A stretch of DNA of 64,000 nucleotides, from the NCBI RefSeq assembly GCF_009914755.1, contig NC_060940.1. One strand, 5' to 3'. How positions within the stretch are numbered: position 1 is the first letter of the stretch; every line of letters starts with the position of its first letter. The position numbers were made by a program, and so were the translations under genes. Positions 45,584 through 59,476 of the stretch are shown piece after piece. The notes beneath the pieces were generated by a model, which was not told the origin of the DNA, did no database searches, and saw nothing but the letters and a program-made list of their open reading frames with translations. This stretch comes from the human T2T-CHM13v2.0 reference genome, Homo sapiens.

Positions 45584-46466
45584 TAGGTCAGTGCTCAGTT
45601 AAGTGTTGGTTGCTTTCATAGACTTTTTTCTTTATACAAATGGTAGCACACAGTGTACTTTGTTTTGCACTGGGTATTTTTTCTTAATATATCAAAGATT
45701 GTGCCAAATTAGTATGTAGAGAACTTTCTCATTTTTAAAAAAGAATTTCATAGTATTGCCTTGTGCAGATGTAATTTAGTTTATTCAGACGGTCTCCTAT
45801 TGGTGGAATTAAGTTGTTTCCAATATTTCTTGCTTTTACAAACAAAGCTGCAGTGTACAAGGATGGTTACATGCTTTATGCAAGTGCAGAGGTGTATCTG
45901 GAGGATAATTTCTAGAAGGGGGACAATGCATTTTAAATTTTGATCTACTTGCAAAGTTGTATGTTATAGAGGTTATGCCAATTCATACTCCTACCCACAC
46001 TGTAGGAAAATCCCACTCAACACTATTTTAAAAGATTGCATCACATCATGGACATACAGCAATTTATCTTTCATTTTGTTTTTCATTTTTTGCTGTTTCT
46101 AAAATGTTGTAACAAGCATCTTTGTATGCACATCTTTGTATCTCCAATAGTTTACTTAGGCCGTCATTCTAGAAGGAGAATTTAAGGGTATTAATTTTTA
46201 AGCCCCCTTTGTTTTTGCTACAGAATTATTAAGAAAATATTTTTCCTTTAGTATCCTCTATCTAGGGTGTAGGAACATCACAAGTGTAGGCTCTCACTGA
46301 GTGTTGGCTCTGGGGTGTTTGGCTGGGAAGAAATGTGGGTAAAGCTGTACGGCTTTGTCCCAATTAAACCCAAGCATTGTACTGGCCACTCTGCTCCTGA
46401 TTCTGCCTTTGTTTTATGGGAAGGACCCTTGACCTGCCTACCCTCCCCATGGAAAGGACACCGTAC

Positions 46467-46545
46467 ATCTGAGATCACACTGGAAGCTTTCGTTTTTCTT
46501 AGTTCTTTTTCTTCAGGCCTGGCATCTTCATCCACAAGGACAGTC
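46467..46545 (-). CDS. HYDIN: HYDIN exon ~25, 79 nt, TVLVDEDARPEEKELRKTKASSVISD
   Basis: cttcctAG|GACTGTC ... TCAGAT|GTACGG; phase 2-0. Confidence 0.93.
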
Positions 46546-47218
46546 CTAGGAAGTTTAATGAAATGCAGAGATTCACTCATTGGGCTGTCATCGCCACACA
46601 GTCTCAGGTGCATAACAGCCCTGTCTTCCTCTTCTCCCTCTACCACACCCCCAAACGTAAGGGGGATTCTCAATCAAGGGACACCTTTCTCAAGAGGTCA
46701 GCTGGTCAGGGCCCTGTTGCCCTATGCCCCCAAACATGTGGTCTAGGCCACTGAACTGGTCAATTTTTCACGGGGCTCAACCCTTTTTTACTGGCCCACC
46801 AAGCCCATGTTCAACTTACAAAAAGTCCTAGGAAGCTCCAGCAATTCTTCAGACAATGTGGGTGTTCTATGTGCTCAATGTTGTTTCCCTATTTATTGGA
46901 GCATTTTATTGTGAGGACATAATGTTTGGTGAATTGATATATCCTTTCCTGCTTGCTACCCTGGACCCAATCCTGACTGTAGACCTTGGACATACAGAGA
47001 GGACAATATGATAGGAAGGGCTCAGTCCCCCAGGACTCATGATGGTACCCTCTCCCTATCCCAGATGTCTAGTCTGGGGCCTACACATAGAAGACATTTA
47101 TTAAACTGTTGACTGGGTACTGGATGAATGAACCAATGAGGGATGAGTATTGAGAATGTAAGTCCGTGTAAAGAAAAGAAAAGCTACTACAAATAATCTA
47201 TGTTGGCTTTGCACTTAC

Positions 47219-47359
47219 TTAACAAAATCATTTAAATCCATCTCGGGGGACTCTACTGTAACTAGGATTGCTGGTGGGCTGGCAGCCTCTGAGGTTGCTG
47301 GGATGGACTCCATCTGGGACACTGGGGCACTGTAGGGCTTCTTCGGCAATGTCACAAAC
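47219..47359 (-). CDS. HYDIN: HYDIN exon ~24, 141 nt, FVTLPKKPYSAP...EMDLNDFVK
   Basis: ttggtAG|GTTTGTG ... TTGTTAA|GTAAGT; phase 2-2; absent from ORF track. Confidence 0.93.
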
Positions 47360-48336
47360 CTACCAAAGCATGGGACAGGGAATGGGGGAGACAGGAGACA
47401 TCAGTTTTTGCAAATCAGTGTTCAGTGGGCTCTCAGTTTCTAAGGCCAAACTCCAAATCCTAGACCAGGCAGATCTAGTAGGGACCACCCTACACCCTCC
47501 CTTGAACTTGCCTTCTTCAAATCTCAGCTAAAATTTCACTTGCTCTTAAAAAGTTTTCTGACTACCAGTCTAGGCCCAACTTCTTTCCTCTGAGTGTCCA
47601 TAGCCCCCTGGGCTTCCCCTTTCACACTTATTTTTACCATCCCTGTTAGATGTGGACTCGCTGAGGACTGGTATCCAATATGGTGTCTAATCCAGTGCCT
47701 GGCCTGGAATAAGTAGTCGGCATGGTCATGAATGAATGAGCCACTGGGGATCCTGCTCCCAGTTCACCAGAAAGCAGGGCTAAGACTCAGCTGAGGCCTG
47801 GGAAGCACTCTCTGTTAGGGGCCTGGAAGTGCAGGCTCGGGTTTCTTACATGACCTTGCCTCCTACAATGTGACCTCAGTGCCTTGCTTGCCACACCCTA
47901 GTCCTGGTCCCACCAATGAGCTGTGCTGCCACTCAAGTTCTCTGAGCAGAGGAACCCAGGGGAAAAGCAACTGTACCGGCTGGTGCTGAAGCCCATATGT
48001 CCAGGTTCCACTGATTAAAAAGGCCTTTGGATGTCACAAAGGCCAAGGTTGTGGGGTCACCCCCATTCTTCCTGTTTCCCCTTGGTGCATGGCTTCTTCT
48101 GGACCCCTCTCTGACCCTCCCCAACCTATCTCAAGCCCTTGATGTTAATTTCAATCTATTTCACTTATATACTCATTCTGGCCCCATCTGTACTCAGAGG
48201 CTCAGCACAAATGTCATCTATTATGTGAAGCTCCCACCACTGGCCTATCTTCCCACCGGAAGAAATTCTCCCTCCCTTGGAAGCTTCAGAGCATTTCATC
48301 TGCACTTCTTTTAGGACACTGTCCACTCTAACCATG

Positions 48337-48398
48337 TCCTAGAGTATCATTTCCTAAATTTCAGGGATCCTAGAGTATCATTTCCTAAATTTCAGGGA
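48337..48398. repeat. Perfect 31-bp tandem duplication
   Basis: tcctagagtatcatttcctaaatttcaggga x2. Confidence 0.96.
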
Positions 48399-48409
48399 TC
48401 CCACTACCA

Positions 48410-49055
48410 TCTTCGTGATTTGTAAGCACACAGTTTGATGAGTTGTATACACATCTGTGGAACTATCACCACATTAATAAACAGAATGTTTCCATCATCC
48501 TAAAAAGTTGCTTTGTGCAAACACTCATCTGCTTAATATCACTAGAGATTAATTTGCCCACACTTTCATAGAAATGAAATTGGAAACATGTACAAATTTG
48601 TGTCTGACTTCCTCTGTTTGGCATGATGTTTTTGAGATTTGTCCATGTTTTTGCATGGAGCAATGATTCTGTTCTTTCTTTGGAGCAGTATTCCATAGTG
48701 TGGATGTTTTCCCATCTTTTTGTTGATGGACACCTTTACTATTTCTAGCTTTTAGATACTATGAATCAAGTTGCTATGAACATCTGTGTACAAGTCTTTT
48801 TGTAGACATATGTTTTCATTCTTCTTGGGTAAATTCCTTGGAAGCGAATTGCTGGGTTGTATGGTATATGTATATTTAACATTACAAGAAACTGCCAACC
48901 AGTTTTCCAAAATTGTTGTACCACTTTACACTACCACCTGCATTGTATGAGAGTTCTCGTTGGTCTGCATTCTCATCCACACTTGGTATTTAGTCTTTTA
49001 CATTTTAGCCATTCAAATGAGCATACGGTGATATCACATTGTGGTATTCATTAAT
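48410..49055 (-). mobile_element. Old L1M 3' fragment
   Basis: Reverse L1 3'UTR motifs (gctatgaacat...gaattgctggg...ttttccaaa). Confidence 0.7.
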
Positions 49056-49402
49056 AGGCTTAGTTTAAAGGAAAATTCTATGTCATTTACTATATAATAT
49101 AGTAAATGATATAGTCTATGTCTATTTCATTTACTATAAATGAAAACACAGGATTATCTAGCATATTTAGAAAAATCAACACAATGGAAAAAAATCAATG
49201 TAATTATTTTCTTGCCTGGTGAAGGCTCTGAGCTGAGCTCTGGTTGCTCTTTTAAGAAGGGAAAACACTGGGCTGGCATGATCTTGGCTGGGCTTATTAC
49301 TGTATGGAAGGAGGATCCACGGTGTCCCCTCTTTACATACCCTATTGCACAGGGTCTTATACATGCAGCCCAAGCTCAACAGATGTTTGGTTGATTGAAT
49401 GA

Positions 49403-49458
49403 ATGGATGGATGCATGGATGGATGGATGGATGGATGGATGGATGGATGGATGGATGG
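49403..49458. repeat. (GGAT)n tetranucleotide microsatellite
   Basis: Direct reading. Confidence 0.95.
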
Positions 49459-51039
49459 GTGTGTGGAATGTTGAATGAGAACAGTTGAATAGCATAGAGG
49501 GTAATCTGACTATTCTGCACCTTGTCTGTCAACCTGGGATAAAGAGTGGCGATGGGAAAGCATGGAGAATTCACAGAGTATGGAAAAGCGCTTTTCATTT
49601 TTGGCCTGAGCTTCCATTTGACTTGTTCCAGACCAGATGTCTCTAGCTGACTTTACCTCTGGCTGAAACCACTCCATTAGGGGCAGAGAACGCATGTTGG
49701 GCTGGGTGCTAACAAATCTCCCGGGAAGCTCCTTAAAATAAAGATTCCTGAACCTTGTCCTCTGACAGATTACAATTCAGCAGGTCTCAGGAGTTAGATT
49801 TTTAACAGCCTTCCCAGGCAATTCTAATGGGCAGCCAGATTTAGGAGCTGCCGTGGGTAGGAATGGCAGCATGACAGCTGAGAATGGAGCTGATAATTAA
49901 TATGGGGCTATCACTGCAGCCTTAACAGCTAGGGACAGTGAAAATCAGCCGAGGACAATTCTGAACACTTATGAAATCACTCCAGGTCAGCAGAGACGCC
50001 TGGCGAGGCTTTGCCGGCTCGCTGCCCCACATAATAGCACTCACCCATCCAGCCTTTGCACCCCTGTGGGATGTGCTGCATAAAGAGAAAACAAATGGGA
50101 ATTTCTGTAATGGAAAAATACAAAGCTGTAGAGGGTCTTCATACCTGAGGAAAAACAACACCTCAGTTGACAATGCTACCTGGACAATTGGGAAGTAAGA
50201 GGTCTTTCTGGAAATCAATAGAGGAAGGCAGAGCCGCCCTCCCTGCTTGCCCCCTGAGCCACAGGAGACAGTGAAACATTTACTGTAATGAGGACTTTAC
50301 GTTATTAAAACCAGAAAACCTGCTCCAAAATATTGAAATAGAACGCTGGTAGAGTTTTTTTGGATCAGATTTCCTTTTACCCTCAGGAACAGGTGATTAC
50401 TTTCCTGGTATGCTGACCCAAACAGGAGTAGATTCAGTTATTTTTAAAAGGGAGTGCATAGCAAACAAGAACAATCGATACTGTTCCAATTCCAGAGCTC
50501 CCCGTATCAGAATCATGGGAGAAGCCAGGAAAGAAATGTTCCCTGTAGCTGCCAGAGAATCACATGCATGTCAGACACCCGCTCATCAGCAGCACTGGCT
50601 TTGGGGGCAGTGGTTTCCCTCCTCATGTTTTATTTTCAACTCTTGGGGAAGGATCACCACAATCTTTTGTGCTACAAAGTTAAAAAAAAAATCCACCATA
50701 CTTCTTTCCTGTCCTTTCTTCACTGGAAGCAGTGTGGCGCTAAAATAAAACCCTGATGAACAAGCTTGTATTTCAGTTAATGTTCTGTGTTGCAGCTTCC
50801 ATGATCTTTGCAGATGGGATGGTGGATGCTGGACACCCATTGAAGTCTGCGCAGTGTAGTCTTGTGGGAAAAGGTGGCAGGGAGGGGTGGGCAGCCCTGC
50901 AGGAGACACACTGATTTCTAATTCATTGATTCATTAGACTTGGCTTCTGGGAGCGTCCACTACAGAGGATGAAATCAGCTGGACAAGAAGGGCCTGCATA
51001 TGCTGTTTAATATTTTTTTAAAACTGATGACTGCAGCAG

Positions 51040-51440
51040 ATGCTGCCAGTGCACTTCATTAGGGTGATGCCCCCAGGTGCTGTGGGTGTGGCTGTACCTT
51101 CCTCTGGAGCATTGCCCTGGCCTGATGGGAGATGTCTCACTCACCCTGAGCTGCCTTCCCTCTCATTAGGGTATGACTTATAGGAAGGAGTGACTGATAG
51201 GGGTGGCAGCTATGAGAGCCCAGCCTCCTTGTCTCTGAGTGGGACAAACTGTGATGTAATTTACACTCCAAAGCTCCCCACGGGATCAGGCAGAGGTGAG
51301 ACTTCTGAAATCACATCTTCCCCTAGTTTTCTTCTGGCCCTATCTTGCTTCCCTTAATTTCTTATAGTTCTCCTGAGAGCCCTCCCTCAATAAGTCACCT
51401 CAAGAACCACACTCTCGGGCTCTCCTAGGGAATCCACTAC
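51040..51440 (+). mobile_element. ERVL LTR16-like solo LTR
   Basis: cccagcctccttg...gggacaa...aatttacactcca...gggatcagg similarity. Confidence 0.55.
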
Positions 51441-51931
51441 AGTGTTGTAGGATTCTAAAGATGAGAAACCCAACCCTTGCTTCAAGGAGCTAAGAGGCCA
51501 GTGGATCAGAGTCAGAGCCACAGGAGTGGCTGTGCTTTAGGGTACAAGTGTTCCAGCAGGGAGCCAGGCAGTGCACAGGGGTTCTGAGCATGGCTGTGGG
51601 GTCAGAGGGCTTGGGTTTGAATTCCGGCTTCCCCACTTGTGCACTATGGGGCCTGGGGGCTGTGTTAGTAAGAGAACCCTCCGCATCTGATTGCTGTGAG
51701 CCATAGTTCACATAATGAGCCCCATGGTGCCAGGGTCATAGCAAATGTCCAATAATGAATGTGAGCTGCTCTTGTGTGGGGTTGGTGAGGATTACCATCA
51801 TTTTTGGAATTCAAATGAGGGAGGTACTAACTCTTCTTGGATGCATACAGAAGTCTTCATGGAGGAGGATATGGTCTAACTATGCCTGGGAGAAAGAATG
51901 GAAGAAGAGTGGGGGAAACGTGCCTGCAAAG

Positions 51932-52462
51932 CAGCGGTCCCCAACCTTTTTGGCACCAGGGACTGGTTTCATGGAAGACAATTTTTCCATGGACTGGGTG
52001 GGGTGGTGGGGGGGATGGTTTCAGGATGATTCAAGCACATTACACTTATTGTGCACTTTATTTCTATTATTATTACATTGTAATATATGATGAAACAATT
52101 ATACAACTCACCATCATGTAGAATCAGTGGGAGCCCTGAGCTTGTTTTCCTGCAACTAGATGGTCCCATCAGGGGGTGATGGGAGACAGTGACAGATCAT
52201 CAGGCATTAGATCCTCATAAGGAGCATGCAACCAGGATCCCTTACATGTGCAGTTCACAATAGGGTTTGTGCTCCTGTGAGAATCTAATGCCGCTGGATA
52301 CCTGACAGGAGGAAGAGCTCAGGTAGTAATGCGAGTGGTGGGGAGTGGCTGTAAATACAGATGAAGCTTCGCTTGCTCACCCGCCACTCACCTTCTGCCG
52401 TGTGGCTCAGTTCCTAACAGGCCACAAACTGGTACTGTTCCTTGGGGAGTTGAGAACCCCTG
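51932..52462. mobile_element. MER1A hAT-Charlie MITE
   Basis: cagcggtccccaacc...gttgagaacccctg ends; 8-bp TSD ctgcaaag/ctgtaaag. Confidence 0.88.
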
Positions 52463-54299
52463 CTGTAAAGGAAATAGGATTCCCCAGGGACAGGGAAGAA
52501 GTCTGTTGTGGGAGCAGCGTATGTGTAGGTGCCAAACGGAAGCAGGTGATGGTGATGACAATGATGATGCAGAATACAGAAGCAATGAGGTGGGGCCAGT
52601 GATGGTCAGCACTGGGGGCAGGCATGACAGGAAGGGGGATAGTAGCCATGGGGACTAGCACTGACCCCAGCAGTCACTTTGACTGCTCTCATGCACCTCT
52701 TCCTCCTGGCAGTGAGCCGTTAACATCTACCTAATCTTTAAGCATTAGCTTAGATGTTACTTTCACCGGAACATCTTCCCTGACCCCCAGGTCCAGGTTC
52801 AGGGGTCATCTCCATGCTTCTACATCCCACACTGTAATTTACTCATCAGCAGGGGCAGAAGCCATGTCTGTCTGTCTCACCACGGTCTCCAGCACTGGGC
52901 ACCATACCAAGCTTAGAGTCAAGCCTAACATTTGTTGAATGAAATTCTAGTCAAGAGTACTGTAGTTAACTCCCTGTAGTAAAAAGGGTTATAAAGATCT
53001 TGTTTTGCTCAAATGTTGTATCAGATGGTCTACTATTTGTAAAAAAGTAATCTGTCCAATTCCAGTAAGCACAACTGTTTGTAATACAACTTTGCTTCTC
53101 CTCCCATCAACAGATGGAGTCTATTTTCTTCAGGCCTTGCATCTGGGCTTGGCTTGACTCCTTTGGCCAATGAGGCATTCAAAAATGTGATGCAAACGGC
53201 AACTTGAAAACTACCTAGGCAATTCACAGATTCATGAGAACTAACACATATTTTCTGTTTAGACAATTATGTTTCGGGTACTTTGTTGCGTGATGAAAGC
53301 TAACATATACAGATTGGTTTTATTCTCCCTAGCACAGTGCCCTGCACAATTACCCTCAATAAACAACTACAGAATGAACAAGTGGAATGAAAACATTTCA
53401 AGTATATGGAAAGAAAATGTCAATATTCTTAGTGGTGCAAGCTGGTCATCACCCTTATAAATCACTGATATCAAAATGAGAAAATGATCCACAGTAGCCA
53501 CTGGTGCCTTGCATGGTCAGAGGTCCAGTTATGAGAACATCCAGCACTTCAAAGGTCTGAGTGTGCGCTAGTGGCCTCTGTGAATTAATTTCATTGCTGA
53601 GATTATTTTCTCCTGCAGTTCCAATCTCATATTTCCATTGTTCCTAATTTATAATCTGATGCAAACCATGCATCTTTACTTGTCAGATCTTACCAGGTGG
53701 CTTCCCAAATTCCTATTCTTGTTCTCAGCTATCTAACTTTGCTTTTCTCATTTTGTAAACCCCCTGCCTCTCATCCATCCTTCCTTCCTTCCTCTGACTC
53801 TACACATCGCAAATCTGCTCCAGATTAGGCAAGCCCCTGACTGCTGTTTCTAAAGGGAGCAGATTATAATATTGCTTTAAATTATATTAAAAGTGGGCAT
53901 ATTTCTAAGCCCCTCTGGGTGCAGACACAAAGTCCCTGCCATGTTTCCATATTTATTGTCTAGATTTGTGGTCCTACACTTGCTGATCATCCTACATTGG
54001 GAAGCAAATGACAGATGGAAACAGATGGGCTGGCCCAGTGCCTTCTCTAGCAGCATGGTCTAGCTATGCCACGTGAGAAGGGGAAGCCAACTAAAGACAT
54101 GTCTCTATTATGGAAAGCAGCCTCCCCTAGCCCTCTGACATTATTATACCACAGAATACTTCCAACTGGTCACGTGTGCTAAGGTGGAAACTGACGAGAG
54201 ATCGCTGAGAGGCTGAAACTCAAGTTACTCAGAGCTTAGGAGATGAATACCATCTTTTTAAAAGGTTCTCAAAAGGAGTTGCAATTGGAGCCTCTAGAA

Positions 54300-54458
54300 C
54301 AGTGGTTCTCAGTGTTGGCTGGCCATTGGGATCCTTCATGGACCTTAAGAAAGACTGAAGCCTGAATCCCAACCATAGAGATTCTGATTTACTTGGCTTC
54401 AATCTATTTGAAACTTCCCAAGGTGATTCTAATGTGCATTCATGGCTGAGAACCACTG
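54300..54458. mobile_element. MER5A-like MITE
   Basis: TIRs cagtggttctca / tgagaaccactg. Confidence 0.8.
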
Positions 54459-55620
54459 ACCTAGAAGATGGTAGTGAGAAGGTCATGAATAGTGGTAAAG
54501 CAACTGTATCAAGTAAGAGCCCCAATTAAGTAACTGCAGCTGACCTTATCATCACTATTCCCTACCAGGAACTATGAAGCACTTGATAAGCACTGCCTAA
54601 TTTAATCTTCACAACAGATTGAGGAAGAAGCCATTATGATTATCCTGTCTTCAGATGACAAAACTGAGGCTCAGAGGACAGGTCAATGGCTGCGTTAGAC
54701 CCACACCAAAGCTCATGCTCTTAGTGACTTTGCTGGAGAGTCTAGCCAATCCACAGGTGAGGGTTTCTCCCGGGTCCCTTCATGTCATGCCATACCCAGG
54801 GCAGCGACTCCCAAAGCAGGTCTTCTCATTCCAAAAGTAACTGGAACCCACAACGTAAGGAATATACAATGTGTTGTCTAGAACCTTTGGAAGAAGAGGA
54901 ACCCATTCTGATTGTAATCTGAATGAGCAAAAGCAAGACACCATTGACCTTGCCCTTGAAGTAACTTTGCAGAAACAGTTTTGCTGTCAGGTGAGTAGTG
55001 GAGAAATGTGCCCAGAATCTACCTCGAAGCTCTCTAGTCTAGATGGATTTCTGTGTAAAAAGGCCACTTCTATAACGCTCCAGAAGGTGTCCCCACTGCT
55101 ACATGATCTTAGAAAGGCTGCCAAACAGGTAGGCTGTGAAATCTCCCTTATCAGCTTCATAGCTCTTTAGAAATACTTTCAAAACAGGTTGGTTTTTAAA
55201 GTCAATTTCTTTTAATGTCTGGCTTTCAGTAGATTGTAGCTAGCTTTGGGAGGATTTTAATTAATATGAACATGTAGACCAACCAAATGAGCCCTTTTTA
55301 CGAACATCACTCCATGAACCAAGCGGACACATCCCTGACTTAGGTTCAGATATGTACTGATAGTTTCCGCTGATTTCATTAGAAGCTGGCTTAGCTCACA
55401 TTGAATCTCTGGAAGTCTGATGCCCTCCACTGATACTGGAAACATCGGGAAAATGCCTTAAAAAGAAAGAAGCTATAATAAGGTGACTAGAGTTCTATAA
55501 CAACACAAAAGCAGGAGAAAAAGTTTTATAACACTCACAATTGAAATGAAAAACAGTCCAATTCAGTTACCTATGGGGTAATGGATATGGTAACTCAGGA
55601 AATGAGACTAAGCTGAATTG

Positions 55621-55706
55621 CAAATAGAAGTAGACTGTATGGGCCCTAACATGGAGATAGCTTCAAATAGAAGTAGACTGTATGGGCCCCAACATGGAGA
55701 TAGCTT
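55621..55706. repeat. 43-bp tandem duplication (1 mismatch)
   Basis: caaatagaagtagactgtatgggccc(t/c)aacatggagatagctt x2. Confidence 0.95.
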
Positions 55707-56441
55707 TTAAGTTAAATATAAAGAGAGCTAAAGGCCTACCCCGCTCCATAAGTTTCCCTGTGCTTGGCCCTGAGTCACTTGCAGGTCGACTACAAAGGCA
55801 GGAAACTTGTCTCTGGAAGCTCAGATTTCAGAGATGGCAGACAGTCCTCTCATTAGCCTCAGTGGGTAATTTGACCCCCCGGTCAGATAAATTAGCTGAC
55901 CCACCGCAGCAGAAGAGGAGATTCTAGATGAACAGGCTATAGGAGGCCTGGATGATGAAGGCCCTGGGAAGGTTCTGGGGACACCAGAGATGGAGTGTAA
56001 AGTGGTCTACTGCTCTCAGGGGACTTCAAATTTACTAACAGTATCGTATTTGTAATGGGGCTCATGAGCGCGGACATTGATTATGCTTCTCAAACTATGT
56101 ATCTATGTTACAAATACTTTTGCACATACAATGTAGTTTCATAATAAAATCATTGCTGACCTTCTGCAGGGGCAGTTTCAGTCAAGTGAGGAGCCAGTTT
56201 AAATTGGGTTGGGGAATGAATGGAGGCAACTAGGGTACTCTGTTTTCTTCCATTGCCTGGTAGAGAGTTGGTAATTAATGCAAGAGGATTAAGAGAAGGG
56301 CTTTCTAAGAGGTGAAGCACTTGTGCTGTAGGCAAAGGAATAGGAAGCTTGAAGATACTGAGAGTGAGAGGAGATTATTGCTAGAGAGGAGAACAGACAG
56401 AAAGCTTGGCCTGGAAAGGCAATAGATGCTTTTTTTCTGTA

Positions 56442-56752
56442 CAGTCACTCTCTGCATCCGTGGGTACCGCATCCAGTGATTCAACCAACCAGGAATCAAA
56501 AACTTCTGAGAAAAGAAAAATGACAAAACCCAACAACACAACAATAAAAAAAAAAACACATAAAAAATGAATACAATACTGCAACTATTTACATAGATTT
56601 ACATGAGCTATTATGGGTAATCTAGAGTATACAGGAGGGTGTTGGAAGGCTATAGGCAAATAGAACACCATTTTATCTAAGAGACTAGAGCATCTGTGGA
56701 TTTTGGTATTCTCAAGGGCCCCAACCTTCAGTGGATACCTGAAAGACAACTG
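56442..56752. mobile_element. Tigger3a-like MITE
   Basis: TA|CAG...CTG|TA ends; gattcaaccaacc and ggattttggtat motifs. Confidence 0.7.
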
Positions 56753-57406
56753 TAGATTTGAAAACATTCATGTATTTCTAAAAAGTGAAAGGCTCATTTT
56801 CCTCTTGAGTCACAGGGAAGGAAATGGGGTGGTGAAAGCAACAGCTCAAAGAAAAGTAATCTCAGGTTGGTCTGCAGCCAGGGGAGACCAGAGGGAAGAA
56901 AGCCACCAGCAGAGTGAGGTAGGGAGCCTGGAGGGAGGATTCCTGGGAAAGATGATGAAAGGCAAGGCAGATCCAGGAAACACTGTGGAGGAAATGCTGG
57001 TGGAAACACTTGGTACGATCATATTTAATTTTGTCCAATCTGGTGGGTATGTAATGGTGTCTAGTTGTAAATGTTTTAATTTTCATTTACAAGATTACTA
57101 ATGAGGTGGAACATCTTTTTATTCTTTATTGGCCATTCATATCTGTTCTTCTGTGAAATACCTGCTCATTCTTCTCTCCTGGGTTTTAGTTGAATTCTGT
57201 CTTTTCCTTCAAGGGCATTCTTTATGTAGTATGTAGACTGATCATCTGCAGGTGGTTTGTATGCCAAAACTGCTCTCTGTTGGTGCCTCGTCTTTGTACT
57301 CTTTTAATGGTATCTCTTGATGCAGAAAGTTCTCAAATTCAACATAGAGATTACGGATAGTTTCACTATGATTTTGTGCTTTTTGTATCTTGTTTAAGAA
57401 ATTCTG

Positions 57407-57718
<312 letters not shown>

Positions 57719-57823
57719 TTATTCAGAGTCAGAGATCATCAAAGCATTACCCTACATTTTCTTCAAATTAAAAAAACTGACTTACACTTTTCACGTTTGT
57801 ATCTTTAACCCATTTGGAATTAA

Positions 57824-58100
<277 letters not shown>

Positions 58101-58657
58101 ATTTTGTATAGTGTGAGTTTAAGGATCTGTTTATGCCTTTTTCTATATAGATGACATATTGTTTCTGGATCATTTACTGAATAGGCCATCCCTTCTCCTT
58201 TATTCAAATATTTCAATTTTGTCATGTTTCCATACATGTAAGGGCCTGTTTCTGGGGTCTTTGTTCTGTTCCTTTATTCTATTTGCCTATCTGTGCACAA
58301 ATACCACACATTAAACTTTATTATATTTTTACAATAAGGCTTGATATCTAGGAGCTTGGCTAGTCTTATCCCTCTTCTATATAAAGTTTAGGATCAACCT
58401 GTCAGGATTCTGATTGGAAGTACATTTAAACTATAGATCACTCTGGGGAAAAATGACATCTTTACTGAACTGAGCCTTTTAAATCAATGAAACAAGTATG
58501 TCTCACCATTTATTTAGGTCTTATTTAATGACTTTAAATAAAATTATCATTTATCCATAAATATTGTGTTTTTATGTTACATTTATTTCTAAGTACTTTT
58601 TTTTTTTTTACCGCATTCTATTTTCTAGTTGTTGCTGCTATACAGAAATGCAATTGA

Positions 58658-58955
58658 GGTTGGGTGTGTTGGCTCATGCCTGTAAGCAATCCCAGAACTT
58701 TGGGAGGCTGAGGTGGGTGGATCACCTGAAGTCAGCAGTTTGAGACCAGCCTGACCAACATGGTAAAACCCTGTCTCTATTAAAAATACAAAATTAGCTG
58801 GGCGTGGTGGCAGGCACCTGTAATCCCAGCTACTCAGGAGGTTGAGGCAGGAGAATTGCTAGAACCCAGGAGGCGGAGGCTGCAGTGAGCCAAGATCGCA
58901 CCATTGCACTCCAGCCCAGGGGACAGGGCGAGACTCCATCTCAAAAAAAAAAAAA
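58658..58955 (+). mobile_element. AluS
   Basis: TSD aaatgcaattga. Confidence 0.92.
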
Positions 58956-59176
58956 ATGCAATTGAATTTTATAACTTTATATCAATCCATCCTCCTCACT
59001 CGATTCTTTCATTAATTCTAGTAATTTGTCTGTTGATTATTTTGCGTTTTCCATGTAGATAATAATTACATGACTTTTGTTTCTTCCTTTCCAAATCTAG
59101 TCTCTTTTATTTACTTTCCTATCTTCCTACACTGGCTAGGATCTTTAGTAAATTGTTGAATAGAAATGGAACTCTT

Positions 59177-59476
<300 letters not shown>

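Noticed and set aside
55280-55450. Possible C/D-box snoRNA in unique intronic sequence
   Set aside because: CTGA motifs present but no RTGATGA box C or terminal stem
55565-55595. Possible RFX X-box (gttacc...ggtaac) in a ciliary gene
   Set aside because: Half-site spacing far exceeds the 0-3 nt X-box spacer
55621-55706. CRISPR-like repeats (also 48337, 20845, 42345)
   Set aside because: Adjacent copies with no spacers, 2-3 units, eukaryotic intron
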